Origin: an uncultured Syntrophaceae bacterium
GTDB taxonomy: Bacteria; Desulfobacterota; BSN033; UBA1163
DNA length: 64,000 nucleotides
NCBI GenBank assembly: GCA_964390545.1
Contig: CAYMJV010000003.1
Location: 127 to 64,126 of the forward strand
Direction of reading: 5' to 3'
The notes below the pieces were generated by a model, which worked only from the letters and a program-made list of their open reading frames with translations, was not told where the DNA came from and did no database searches. A program made the position numbers and the translations under genes. Shown here piece by piece: positions 1 through 8,553 of this stretch (position 1 is its first letter; each line of letters starts with the position of its first letter).

Positions 1-749
1 CGAGTCTGAAGGTCATCACTTATGGTGCAGCTCCCATGCCCTTTGAGGTCATCAAGAAGGCCATCAAGATGATGCCATGGGTTAAATTTATCAATGCCTT
101 TGGGCAGACAGAGACGGCCTCTACCATAACAACATTAGGTCCTGAAGACCATGTAATTGAAGGTACGGAGGAGCAAAAAGAGAAAAAATTAAAAAGGCTT
201 TCCTCCTCTATTGGTAAGCCCTTACCCGATGTGGAAGTGAAAATTGTCGATGAAGAAGGAAAGGCGTTACCATCGCTGGATGTAGGGGAGATCTGGGCCA
301 GAGGTCCCCGGATCATGACAGGCTATTGGCGTGACGAGCAAAAGACCTCTCAGGTGATGACTCGAGATGGGTGGCTCCGCACAGGGGATATGGGATGGAT
401 GGATGAGGAAGGTTATATCTATTTGGCAGGCCGCGGGGATGATATGATCATTCGAGGGGGTGAGAATATCTCGCCAGAAGAGGTTGAAAACGTCCTTCAT
501 TCTCATCCCAAGGTTGAAGAGGCGGCAGTTATTGGAGTGCCTGATCCGGAGTGGGGGCAGGAGCCTCGAGCGGTGGTCGTCCTGAAAAAAGGCAAGGCCG
601 CTACTTCAGAGGAGATTATAGAGTACTGTCGGTCAAAGTTATCCGGGTTCAAGCGACCCAGGTCAGTTGTCTTTTTAGATTCTTTACCACGTAATCCAAT
701 GGGTAAGGTTTTAAGAAAAAAGCTTCGCGAGGAATATGGACAGCCCTAA
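1..749 (+). CDS. AMP-dependent acyl-CoA synthetase/ligase, C-terminal part (5' end outside window)
   Basis: Frame open from window edge (SLKVITYGAAPMPFEV..). Adenylate-forming motifs FGQTE and TGDMGWMDEEGYIYLAGRGDDMIIRGGENISPEEVE, plus C-terminal PRNPMGKVLRKKL. Confidence 0.9.
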   Translation, partial: SLKVITYGAAPMPFEVIKKAIKMMPWVKFINAFGQTETASTITTLGPEDHVIEGTEEQKEKKLKRLSSSIGKPLPDVEVKIVDEEGKALPSLDVGEIWARGPRIMTGYWRDEQKTSQVMTRDGWLRTGDMGWMDEEGYIYLAGRGDDMIIRGGENISPEEVENVLHSHPKVEEAAVIGVPDPEWGQEPRAVVVLKKGKAATSEEIIEYCRSKLSGFKRPRSVVFLDSLPRNPMGKVLRKKLREEYGQP

Positions 750-800
750 GTGAGGCTGAGGCTGGGGTTAAGGACAAGAAAAAACTTAATTCTTTAGGTA

Positions 801-858
801 TATAGGGTCGGCCACCGTGCCGATCCTGCATTTGGGCAGGCACAGTGGCCTGCCCTAC
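801..858. repeat. REP-like intergenic element with two adjacent GC-rich hairpins
   Basis: GGGTCGGC(804-811)/GCCGATCC(818-825, one G-T pair) and perfect GGGCAGGC(833-840)/GCCTGCCC(848-855). Same two-hairpin layout as 7458-7523 and 10731-10785. Confidence 0.6.
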
Positions 859-879
859 AATTAAGGAGGTATGACAGAA

Positions 880-999
880 ATGGCGAATCAAGTTGGGAAG
901 AGGTATGTGTGTAAGAAATGTGGTTCAGAGTTTATCGTGACAAGAGGTGGTAATGGGACAGTCCACTGCTGCGGGCAACCGATGGAACTAAAGAAATAG
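880..999 (+). CDS. desulforedoxin-type small metal-binding protein (39 aa; alternative ATG at 871)
   Basis: Below the 60-aa ORF-track cutoff. AAGGAGG at 863-869. MANQVGKRYVCKKCGSEFIVTRGGNGTVHCCGQPMELKK has the C-x2-C-G ... C-C-G-x-x-M pattern and spacing of desulforedoxin / desulfoferrodoxin N-terminal domain. Confidence 0.7.
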   Translation: MANQVGKRYVCKKCGSEFIVTRGGNGTVHCCGQPMELKK

Positions 1000-1092
1000 A
1001 CCTATTATAGGCTGAGGTTAAGGCTAAGGTTAAGGCTAAAAAAAGACGAACCTCAACCTCAACCTTCTTGTTTCTGTTGGAGGTGATAGATA

Positions 1093-1233
1093 ATGAGTCA
1101 ACTTGGAAAGAGATATCGTTGTTCGGTATGTGGGACAGAGATTCTCTGTACCAAAGCCGGTGAAGGCAATCCAGTTTGTTGTGACAAGGAAATGGAAGTC
1201 CAGGACCCCAGACCTCTCCCTTCGTCTGATTGA
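1093..1233 (+). CDS. second desulforedoxin-type small protein (46 aa)
   Basis: GGAGGTG at 1079-1085 with a 7-nt spacer to the ATG. MSQLGKRYRCSVCGTEILCTKAGEGNPVCCDKEMEVQDPRPLPSSD has the same Cys spacing, with CCD instead of CCG. Confidence 0.6.
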   Translation: MSQLGKRYRCSVCGTEILCTKAGEGNPVCCDKEMEVQDPRPLPSSD

Positions 1234-1307
1234 TGACAGCTAGGATTGGCTCTCCTCTGTAATAATTGCCTTCGCACCTGGTGTTCTGGTAGAAAGAATG
1301 AAATGTT

Positions 1308-1326
1308 ATGAACAATATTTGTTCAT
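1308..1326. repeat. 19-nt palindrome ATGAACAA-tat-TTGTTCAT
   Basis: Perfect 8+8 inverted repeat in the gap between mini-ORF 2 and the TetR gene. Function unknown; could be a binding site or a hairpin. Confidence 0.4.
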
Positions 1327-1432
1327 CAAAATCAGAATACTATTACTCCGCAATCGCCGGAACCCGCTAGATCCGAAAAAACCCGCTAAACCATTAATCC
1401 GCTAACAAATTCGGGGAGACCTCAATTTCTGC

Positions 1433-1474
1433 TTGACAGGACTATGGTTTTTTGCTATAAACCAACCGGTTGGT
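1433..1474 (+). promoter_or_regulatory. sigma70-type promoter with overlapping candidate TetR operator
   Basis: TTGACA (1433-1438), 17-nt spacer, TATAAA (1456-1461). A perfect 14-bp palindrome ACCAACCGGTTGGT (1461-1474) starts at the last base of the -10 element, 24 nt before the TetR start codon. Confidence 0.65.
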
Positions 1475-1497
1475 GGATGGTTCGGGCTTAAGAAATC

Positions 1498-2061
1498 ATG
1501 CGAGATAACAAGCAAAAGCAAATATCCGCAGTTGCCGCAGACTTAATCAGTAGCGAGGGCTATCAAGGCACCTCGTTACAAAAAATTGCCGATAAAGTCG
1601 GAGTACACAAGAGCACGCTTTTTCACTATATAAAAAGCAAAAAGGACTTACTGGTCCATATCCTTGAGCAATCTGGTAATAATCTCACCGCAAATTTGGA
1701 AAGGATCTCCAGTTTAGATAAATCGGAGCCTGCAGAAAAGCTCAGAGCGGCTTTCGAAAATCATCTCAGTTCAGTGATTGAAGATATAGGTGGTTTGAAT
1801 ATTTATCTGAATGAGATGAAAATGTTGCCACCGAAATATAGAAAAATGTACACACAGAACCGCAAGAATTATGAAAAATATTTTGAAAACATTGTTACTG
1901 AAATGAAGGAGAGGGGGTATTTTGAAGGCTTAGATGCAAAGATCGTCACCTTTGGTATCCTAGGCATGCTTAATTCGATTCCAAGATGGTATAGACCAGA
2001 AGGACGGTTGACTATAAAAGAAGTTTCTGAGATACTGTTCAAAATCATTGTGAAAAAATAG
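1498..2061 (+). CDS. TetR/AcrR-family transcriptional regulator
   Basis: 187 aa. N-terminal HTH GTSLQKIADKVGVHKSTLFHYIKSKKDLL is typical of TetR_N. Confidence 0.9.
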   Translation: MRDNKQKQISAVAADLISSEGYQGTSLQKIADKVGVHKSTLFHYIKSKKDLLVHILEQSGNNLTANLERISSLDKSEPAEKLRAAFENHLSSVIEDIGGLNIYLNEMKMLPPKYRKMYTQNRKNYEKYFENIVTEMKERGYFEGLDAKIVTFGILGMLNSIPRWYRPEGRLTIKEVSEILFKIIVKK

Positions 2062-2100
2062 TACGGAGAGATTCACTATCAAATCTTTAGGAGGTGAAAG

Positions 2101-3690
2101 ATGGAGAAGAAAGGACTGCGGAAACTAGGTATTGGTTTTTCTCTCATTATGATTTTGACACTGTCGCTATGCGTGGTGGGTCCTGTTCAATCTGCACCCG
2201 TCCCTACTGGCACCGTGGTTGTAGGCATGTCTTCTTTGCACGAGGAGACTTTCCTGCCTTGGAACGGTGGTGGGCCGCGTAAATATTATCTGGACCCGAT
2301 CTATGAATATTTGATTTACCTGGATCCAGAAACCCGCCAGACGAAGCCCGGACTGGCTGCAAAATGGGAGATGTCGAAGGACGGCAAGACCTGGGCCTTC
2401 TGGATCCGTCAAGGGGTCCAATTCCATGAGGGCTATGGGGAACTTACTGCGGAAGATGTTAAGTATTCTCTTGAACGATTGATAGATCCTAAATCCATTG
2501 TTGGACCATCATCCTCAATGCGAAGGCTAATAGACAAAGTTGAGGCACCGGAGAAATATAAGGTCGTCGTCACATTGAAAGTGCCCGATGTTGAGTTTGA
2601 CCGTGGTTACATGTCTAATGGTTTGTGTCTACAAATCGTATCTAAGAAGTATCTGGAAACGAAAGGGGACGAAGCAGCAAATGCTCATCCTATCGGGACA
2701 GGCCCCTTTACTTTGGCAGAGCATAAAAAAGGAGTATCTATTAAACTGAAGACGATTGAAGGTATCGAAAAGCATTGGCGCGTCAAACCGGACTTCCAGA
2801 ATATCACCTTCTTAGTGGTACCGGAAGAGTCAACCCGGTTAGCGATGCTGAAAACGGGTGAAGTTGATCTGGTTCCGATTAACTACGATTCCATCGAATC
2901 CATAAAAGCCTCGGGGCTGAACGTATTTTCTGTTAAGAATAACTGGGTTCCCGTCATCAGATTAGGAGGACTCATAAAGACATCGCCTAAATTTTATAAC
3001 CCCAACGTTCCTTGGGCTGATAAAAGGGTACGGCAAGCACTGAACTATGCTATTGACAGAGAGGGTATTGTCAAAAACATATTTCATGGTCAAGCAACAC
3101 CAGCGGCAGTGAGTATTCCAGCTTCGGAGTGGTTTGACATCCTGGCCTATCCCTACAACCCACAAAAGGCAAAACAGCTCTTGGCAGAGGCAGGTTACCC
3201 GAATGGTTTCGAAATCACTCTGAAGACTTTTACGACAACCCCTGGAGCTGAGCTTCCGATGATCGGCGAGGCTGTAGGTATGTATTGGCAGGCAGTGGGA
3301 CTCAATGTTAAAATCGTCCCGACGGACTGGACCTCTGTTAGAGGCGCCTGGACAAGTGCCAAGGCAACTGATTATGTCTGGACGCATCGAGGGCTTGCAT
3401 TTACCAACACGGTTAGCGGGTTGCAGGCAGATAATAATTCTAAGAGCGTATTTGCAACCTATGCGACAGAGGAGACAGAGGCTAAGGTCCTCGAAATTGA
3501 GAAGGAATTAGACCTGAAGAAAAGAAGTGTCCTTATTAAGAAGTTTGGTGAATTTCTCAGGGATGAGGCTGCCTGTGCTTACTTGGTATTTGCTAACGAG
3601 CCTTATGGTGCCAGCAAGAAATTGGCAAAATGGCCAACCCTAAGTGAGTACGCTACTAATGTCGACCTCATCACTCGCTCTAAGCAGTAA
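2101..3690 (+). CDS. ABC transporter substrate-binding protein, family 5 (DppA/OppA/NikA type), copy 1
   Basis: 529 aa. AGGAGG RBS, signal peptide (..LTLSLCVVGPVQSA), length and conserved blocks typical of family-5 SBPs. Followed by cognate permease and ATPase genes. Confidence 0.85.
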   Translation: MEKKGLRKLGIGFSLIMILTLSLCVVGPVQSAPVPTGTVVVGMSSLHEETFLPWNGGGPRKYYLDPIYEYLIYLDPETRQTKPGLAAKWEMSKDGKTWAFWIRQGVQFHEGYGELTAEDVKYSLERLIDPKSIVGPSSSMRRLIDKVEAPEKYKVVVTLKVPDVEFDRGYMSNGLCLQIVSKKYLETKGDEAANAHPIGTGPFTLAEHKKGVSIKLKTIEGIEKHWRVKPDFQNITFLVVPEESTRLAMLKTGEVDLVPINYDSIESIKASGLNVFSVKNNWVPVIRLGGLIKTSPKFYNPNVPWADKRVRQALNYAIDREGIVKNIFHGQATPAAVSIPASEWFDILAYPYNPQKAKQLLAEAGYPNGFEITLKTFTTTPGAELPMIGEAVGMYWQAVGLNVKIVPTDWTSVRGAWTSAKATDYVWTHRGLAFTNTVSGLQADNNSKSVFATYATEETEAKVLEIEKELDLKKRSVLIKKFGEFLRDEAACAYLVFANEPYGASKKLAKWPTLSEYATNVDLITRSKQ

Positions 3691-3694
3691 AGCC

Positions 3695-3775
3695 CTCTGC
3701 TCCTGCCCCCTGCCTACCGGCAGGCCCTGAACCTAGCATGGTACAGGGCAGGCAGGCGGTCCCGAACGAGGGGTG
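3695..3775. repeat. GC-rich inverted-repeat element between the two SBP genes
   Basis: CCTGCC(3709-3714)/GGCAGG(3719-3724) and GCCCTG(3724-3729)/CAGGGC(3744-3749). CAGGGCAGGCAGG offers an alternative pairing with the upstream CCTGCC-rich tract. Confidence 0.45.
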
Positions 3776-3871
3776 GGACATGGAGGGAAATTGGGTATTG
3801 AGATTAGGTTCAGAAAGGGTCCGGTTGTCTAGTGGCCTAGGACAACGGATCAAACCCTAAGGAGGTGCGAG

Positions 3872-5464
3872 ATGAAGGAGAAAGAAGTGCGGAAGCGATG
3901 TACTGGTTTTTCTGTCATTTTGATGTTGGCACTGACGCTTTGCTTGGTGGGTCCTGCTCAATCTGCACCCGTCCCTGCTGGCACAGTGGTCGTAGGGATG
4001 TCTTCTTTACATGAGGAGACTTTGCTGCCCTGGAATGGCGGAGCGGCGCGCAAGTATTATCTGGACCCGATCTATGAGTATTTGATTTATCTGGATCCAG
4101 AAACCCGCCAGGCTACGCCCGGGCTGGCTACAAAATGGGAGATGTCGAAGGACGGCATGACCTGGACATTCTGGATTCGTCAAGGAGTTCAATTTCACGA
4201 GGGTTACGGGGAACTGACTTCTGAGGATGTCAAGTATTCTCTCGAAAGATTAATCGATCCGAAATCCGTTGTTGGCCCGGCATCTACAATGCGGAGATTG
4301 GTGAAAAAAGTCGAGGCGCCAGAAAAATATAAGGTTGTTGTTAGCTTGAACGTACCCGATATTGAGTTTGATCTTGGATACATGTCCAACGGTTTGTGTC
4401 TGCAAATTGTGAGCAAGAAATATCTCGAAGCGAAAGGGGACGAAACAGCAAACGCACACCCGATCGGAACAGGTGCCTTTACTCTGGTTGAGCATAAAAA
4501 GGGAGTGTCTGTTAAGCTCAAGGCGATCGAAGGTGCCGAAAAGCACTGGCGGGTCAAGCCGGACTTCCAGAATATTACTTTCTTGGTGGTCCCGGAGGAG
4601 TCAACCCGGATAGCGATGCTGAAAACGGGAGAGGTGGATCTGGTTCCTATTAACTATGATTCGATTGATTCCTTAAAAGCATCGGGGCTTAATGTCTTTT
4701 CTGTAAAATATAATTGGGTTCCTATCATCAGGTTGGGTGGGCTGATAAAAACAGACCCTAAGCGTTACAACCCCAACGCTCCCTGGGCTGATAAGAGAGT
4801 ACGTCAGGCTCTGAACTATGCTGTTGACAAAGAAGCGATTGTTAAGAACATATTTCGTGGCGAGGCAAAACCAGCGGCGAGTGATATTCCAGCTCGGGAG
4901 TTTTTTGATGTGGCGGCCTATCCGTATGACCCACAAAAGGCAAAGCAGCTTTTGGCGGCTGCAGGCTATCCGAATGGTTTTGAAATCACTCTAAAGACCT
5001 TCACAACCACCCCTGGAGCTCAGCTTCCAATGATTGGCGAGGCGGTAGGCATGTACTGGCAAGCAGTAGGCCTCAAAGTCAAAATAGAACCCACTGAATA
5101 CCCTAGCCTAAGGCAAGCCTGGACAGGAGGACAGGGCAAGGCAAATGACTATGTATGGACACATCGAGGACTTGCGTTTACCAATACGGCTTCAGGGATG
5201 CAGACTGTCGTTATTGCTAAAAGTGTATTTGCAACCTATGTAACAGAAGAGACAGAGGCCAAAATGCTTGAGGTTGATAAGGAGGTGGATGTTAAGAAGA
5301 GAAGCGCCCTTCTTAAGAAGTTTTGCGAATATCTACGGGACGAGGCTGCCCATGTTTTCTTAGTATTTGCTAACGAGCCATATGGCGCCAGCAAGAAATT
5401 GGCAAAATGGCCAACCTTAAGCGAGTACGCTACGAATATTGACCTCATTACGCGTTCTAAGTAG
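3872..5464 (+). CDS. ABC transporter substrate-binding protein, family 5, copy 2 (tandem paralogue)
   Basis: 530 aa. Collinear with copy 1 over the full length with high identity by eye. Has its own AAGGAGG RBS and signal peptide. Confidence 0.85.
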   Translation: MKEKEVRKRCTGFSVILMLALTLCLVGPAQSAPVPAGTVVVGMSSLHEETLLPWNGGAARKYYLDPIYEYLIYLDPETRQATPGLATKWEMSKDGMTWTFWIRQGVQFHEGYGELTSEDVKYSLERLIDPKSVVGPASTMRRLVKKVEAPEKYKVVVSLNVPDIEFDLGYMSNGLCLQIVSKKYLEAKGDETANAHPIGTGAFTLVEHKKGVSVKLKAIEGAEKHWRVKPDFQNITFLVVPEESTRIAMLKTGEVDLVPINYDSIDSLKASGLNVFSVKYNWVPIIRLGGLIKTDPKRYNPNAPWADKRVRQALNYAVDKEAIVKNIFRGEAKPAASDIPAREFFDVAAYPYDPQKAKQLLAAAGYPNGFEITLKTFTTTPGAQLPMIGEAVGMYWQAVGLKVKIEPTEYPSLRQAWTGGQGKANDYVWTHRGLAFTNTASGMQTVVIAKSVFATYVTEETEAKMLEVDKEVDVKKRSALLKKFCEYLRDEAAHVFLVFANEPYGASKKLAKWPTLSEYATNIDLITRSK

Positions 5465-5514
5465 CCAATCATTAGGCATATAGACATTGATCTGAAATCG
5501 TAACAAAAAATCGG

Positions 5515-5556
5515 CCTCTTCCCTGATAATTCAGTCTATCAGGGGAGAGGTTTTTT
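5515..5556 (+). terminator. Rho-independent terminator after SBP copy 2
   Basis: 14-bp stem CCTCTTCCCTGATA(5515-5528)/TATCAGGGGAGAGG(5537-5550) with one mismatch, 8-nt loop, then TTTTTT (5551-5556). Confidence 0.8.
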
Positions 5557-5605
5557 GTGCCGACATCGCCCATTTGTGTAAGGGGAGTCATAAGAGCATA
5601 AAGCA

Positions 5606-6532
5606 ATGCAGCGATATATCTCGAGACGTCTTATTCAGATGATGATCGCGCTGTTTTTGATGAGTGTGATTGTCTTTCTGCTAGGGAGATTGACCGGTGA
5701 TCCCGTATCGATGCTGTTGAGTCAATATAGTACAGAAGAAGACAGGGTCCGTATAACAGAACAACTTGGGCTGAACAAACCCGTTCTAGAACAATATGGC
5801 ATCTTTATGTTCAATGCGCTGAAAGGAGACCTCGGTAAATCGGTGGCCGGCGACAACCGGCCTGCACTTACCTTGATCCTGGAGAGGTTCCCTGCCTCCT
5901 TGAAACTAGCGTTGGTAGCACTGATCATAAGCATCCTCATTGGAATACCACTAGGAGTTCTGTCAGCTGTAAAAAGAGGGTCGTTTGTGGATGCATTAGC
6001 AAGGTTGTTAGCTTTGCTGGGACAGTCATTGCCGGCTTTTTGGCTTGGGATTGTCTTCATGTATTTCTTCAGTGTGAAACTTCGTTTGTTACCCACTTCC
6101 GGGTACGGAGGCATACGACATTTTATTTTGCCCGCGGCTACAATGGGCTTATTCACAGTGGCCGCTGTGACACGCTTGACCCGGTCAAGTATGTTGGAAG
6201 TTCTCGACAGCGAATACATAAAACTCGCCCGGATCAAGGGGGTATCAGAAGCGATCGTGATCTGGAAGCACGCCTTAAGAAACAGTCTGATGCCCGTCAT
6301 TACCTTTATGGGTACTTTTTTCGCGACGATGATTACTGGAGCCGTGGTGATTGAGACAGTTTTTTCGTGGCCTGGAATTGGTCGTCTCGCTTATGAATCA
6401 ATCTTAAACCGAGACTTTCCTGTGATGCAAGGAGTCATCCTATTTATGACGACGCTCTATATCCTGGCCAACCTCATCGTTGACGTCCTTTACGCTTGGG
6501 TTGATCCTCGTATCAGATACACGAATGAGTGA
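5606..6532 (+). CDS. ABC transporter permease (DppB/OppB-like)
   Basis: 308 aa, multi-TM. EAA-loop region EYIKLARIKGVSEAIVIWKHALRNSLMPVIT. Confidence 0.9.
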   Translation: MQRYISRRLIQMMIALFLMSVIVFLLGRLTGDPVSMLLSQYSTEEDRVRITEQLGLNKPVLEQYGIFMFNALKGDLGKSVAGDNRPALTLILERFPASLKLALVALIISILIGIPLGVLSAVKRGSFVDALARLLALLGQSLPAFWLGIVFMYFFSVKLRLLPTSGYGGIRHFILPAATMGLFTVAAVTRLTRSSMLEVLDSEYIKLARIKGVSEAIVIWKHALRNSLMPVITFMGTFFATMITGAVVIETVFSWPGIGRLAYESILNRDFPVMQGVILFMTTLYILANLIVDVLYAWVDPRIRYTNE

Positions 6533-6589
6533 AAGTTTGAAAGAGTGATGAGATTGATTCCTGCAAAGGGCGGTTGGGAAAATTGAAGT

Positions 6590-7432
6590 ATGCTTTTTAA
6601 TAAAGCAGTCGTTGCCATAGCGGTCTTTATATTGTTGGTCTTAGTGTTCACAGCCCTATTGGCCCCGTTTCTCGCTCCTTTTGATCCCAAGGTGGGTTCA
6701 TTAGGCGAGCGTTTAAAGCCGCCTTGCTGGCAGAACGGAGGAAGCAGGGCACACATTTTAGGCACTGACTTGCTAGGCAGGGATGTCCTGAGCAGACTCA
6801 TCTATGGTGCGAGAATTTCGTTGGCAGTATGTGTGCTCGCCATCGTTGTTGCTGGATGTATCGGTTCACTGTTAGGGATTGTCTCTGGTTATCTTGGGGG
6901 TTGGGTGGATACCATCATCATGAGGGTAGTCGACCTGGCGCTTTCCCTCCCGATCATCCTGCTCGCCCTGCTCTTCGGCGTCCTGTTTGGACCAAGTTTT
7001 TCTAATATTATTCTGATCATCAGCTTGGTGCTTTGGTCACAATATGCGAGGATGGCCAGAGGCGAAACATTGAAAATCAAAGGGAGAGATTACGTAGACT
7101 TGGCTAGAACGGCCGGGTGTTCTGATGCAAGCATCATGCTGAGGCACATCTTGCCGAACGTGGCGGGTTCTCTTATTATCCTGGCGACCCTCCAGGTGGG
7201 CACCGTGATTATCATTGAGTCATCCCTCAGTTTTCTGGGTGTTGGGATTCCACCCCCAACACCCTCGTGGGGTTCTATGATCGCCGAAGGCAGGTCGTAC
7301 GTTGTCTCTGCGTGGTGGCTCTGTATGATTCCAGGATTGGCCATTCTATTCACGGTCCTTTCAGTGAACGTCTTGGGTGATACCCTTACAGAGTTACTCA
7401 ATCCAGCCCTCCGGCGTGAGTACGTTACGTAA
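6590..7432 (+). CDS. ABC transporter permease (DppC/OppC-like)
   Basis: 280 aa, multi-TM. DYVDLARTAGCSDASIMLRHILPNVAGSLI. The upstream in-frame ATG at 6548 runs into a stop codon. Confidence 0.9.
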   Translation: MLFNKAVVAIAVFILLVLVFTALLAPFLAPFDPKVGSLGERLKPPCWQNGGSRAHILGTDLLGRDVLSRLIYGARISLAVCVLAIVVAGCIGSLLGIVSGYLGGWVDTIIMRVVDLALSLPIILLALLFGVLFGPSFSNIILIISLVLWSQYARMARGETLKIKGRDYVDLARTAGCSDASIMLRHILPNVAGSLIILATLQVGTVIIIESSLSFLGVGIPPPTPSWGSMIAEGRSYVVSAWWLCMIPGLAILFTVLSVNVLGDTLTELLNPALRREYVT

Positions 7433-7553
7433 TACAAACGCATTTTGCTCCATGACGAATCTGTAGGGCATGATCCCCGATCATGCCATCGGCGGTGCGT
7501 TCGGGGAACGCACCCTACAGATTATGTAAAATCGTTTATTGCGTTTGTTCATT
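7431..7553. repeat. MITE/REP-like nested inverted-repeat element
   Basis: Outer IR ACAAACGCA(7434-7442)/TGCGTTTGT(7540-7548). Middle IR AATCTGTAGGG(7458-7468)/CCCTACAGATT(7513-7523). Two inner perfect 9-bp hairpins: GGCATGATC-ccc-GATCATGCC and GGTGCGTTC-ggg-GAACGCACC. Confidence 0.7.
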
Positions 7554-7575
7554 GGGGCAGTGATGATCTGAGGCA

Positions 7576-8553
7576 GTGATGGGAACAAAGATCCTCGAGG
7601 TGATCGATCTTAAAACTCATTTTGTTGGTAAGCATTCCGTCGTCAAGGCGGTAGATGGCGTTAGCTTCTATGTAAATGACAATGAGACGTTGGGGATTGT
7701 GGGTGAATCAGGATGCGGGAAGACCATGACTTGTCTCTCCATCTTGAGACTTGTCCCTCAGCCTAAGAACCACAGGATCACCGGGAAAATATTATTCGAG
7801 GGCAAGGACATTTTGACGATGAGCAAGAGAGAGTTGCGAAAGCTTCGCGGACGAGAAATCTCCATGATCCTTCAGGACCCGATGATGTCCCTAAACCCGG
7901 TGTTTGCTATCGGTGATCAAATAAAAGAAGCGATCGTCACCCATGCCTATGAGAAAGATGGCTTAACTGCCAATGTGGTGGAAGTGTTAAGGCGGGTCAG
8001 AATTCCTTCACCGGAGATGCGCGTCAGAGATTATCCCCATCAAATGAGCGGCGGCATGAGGCAACGAGTGGTTGGAGCCATTGCCATATCCTGCCAGCCG
8101 CGTCTTCTCATTGCTGACGAGCCCACCACATCTCTTGATGTGACCATCCAGGCACAATACCTGCAACTCCTCAAGGATATTCAACGGGAGTTGGGCATGG
8201 CGCTCATCTTTATTACCCATGATTTTGGAATTGTGGCACACATGTGTGATCGGGTGTGCGTCATGTATGCCGGGGCCATGATAGAGAGCGCTCCGGTGAG
8301 AGACATTTTCAAAAGACCTGCACACTGGTACACGGCTGCTCTGATAGGGGGAGTTCCGAAATTGGGAATAAAGATAGACCGATTGATCTCCATCTCAGGT
8401 TACCCGCCCAAACTCGACCGATTGCCGACCGGATGCAGATTCTCTCCTCGTTGTGCCAATGCCAAAGAAAGATGCGTTCAGGAGGAACCTTCTCAGGTGG
8501 CAGTGGGGGAAGATCACCATGTAAGTTGCTGGTATCCACTGGAGCACCAATGA
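7576..8553 (+). CDS. ABC transporter ATP-binding protein (DppD/OppD-like)
   Basis: Walker A GESGCGKT, signature MSGGMRQRV, Walker [14 protein letters not shown]-terminal oligopeptide-transporter domain GCRFSPRC. Start is GTG 7576 or ATG 7579. Confidence 0.9.
   Translation: MMGTKILEVIDLKTHFVGKHSVVKAVDGVSFYVNDNETLGIVGESGCGKTMTCLSILRLVPQPKNHRITGKILFEGKDILTMSKRELRKLRGREISMILQDPMMSLNPVFAIGDQIKEAIVTHAYEKDGLTANVVEVLRRVRIPSPEMRVRDYPHQMSGGMRQRVVGAIAISCQPRLLIADEPTTSLDVTIQAQYLQLLKDIQRELGMALIFITHDFGIVAHMCDRVCVMYAGAMIESAPVRDIFKRPAHWYTAALIGGVPKLGIKIDRLISISGYPPKLDRLPTGCRFSPRCANAKERCVQEEPSQVAVGEDHHVSCWYPLEHQ

Noticed and set aside
932-1315. 127-aa minus-strand ORF from the track, covering the desulforedoxin-like region.
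   Set aside because: It has no RBS and no recognisable family, and its composition is low-complexity. The two + strand mini-ORFs have GGAGG boxes and a specific Cys pattern, so the antisense frame is most likely a shadow ORF.
3821-3848. tRNA-like D-arm sequence (GGTTGTCTAGTGGCCTAGGACAACGG) upstream of SBP copy 2.
   Set aside because: I could not find a T-arm (GTTCRANYC), an acceptor-stem complement or an anticodon arm in the surrounding 80 nt. It is just a hairpin.
8256-8549. N-terminal 98-aa extension of the second ABC ATPase (track ORF 8256..9521).
   Set aside because: The extension overlaps the DppD-like gene in another frame and has no ATPase homology. The homologous sequence starts at the ATGA-coupled ATG at 8550.
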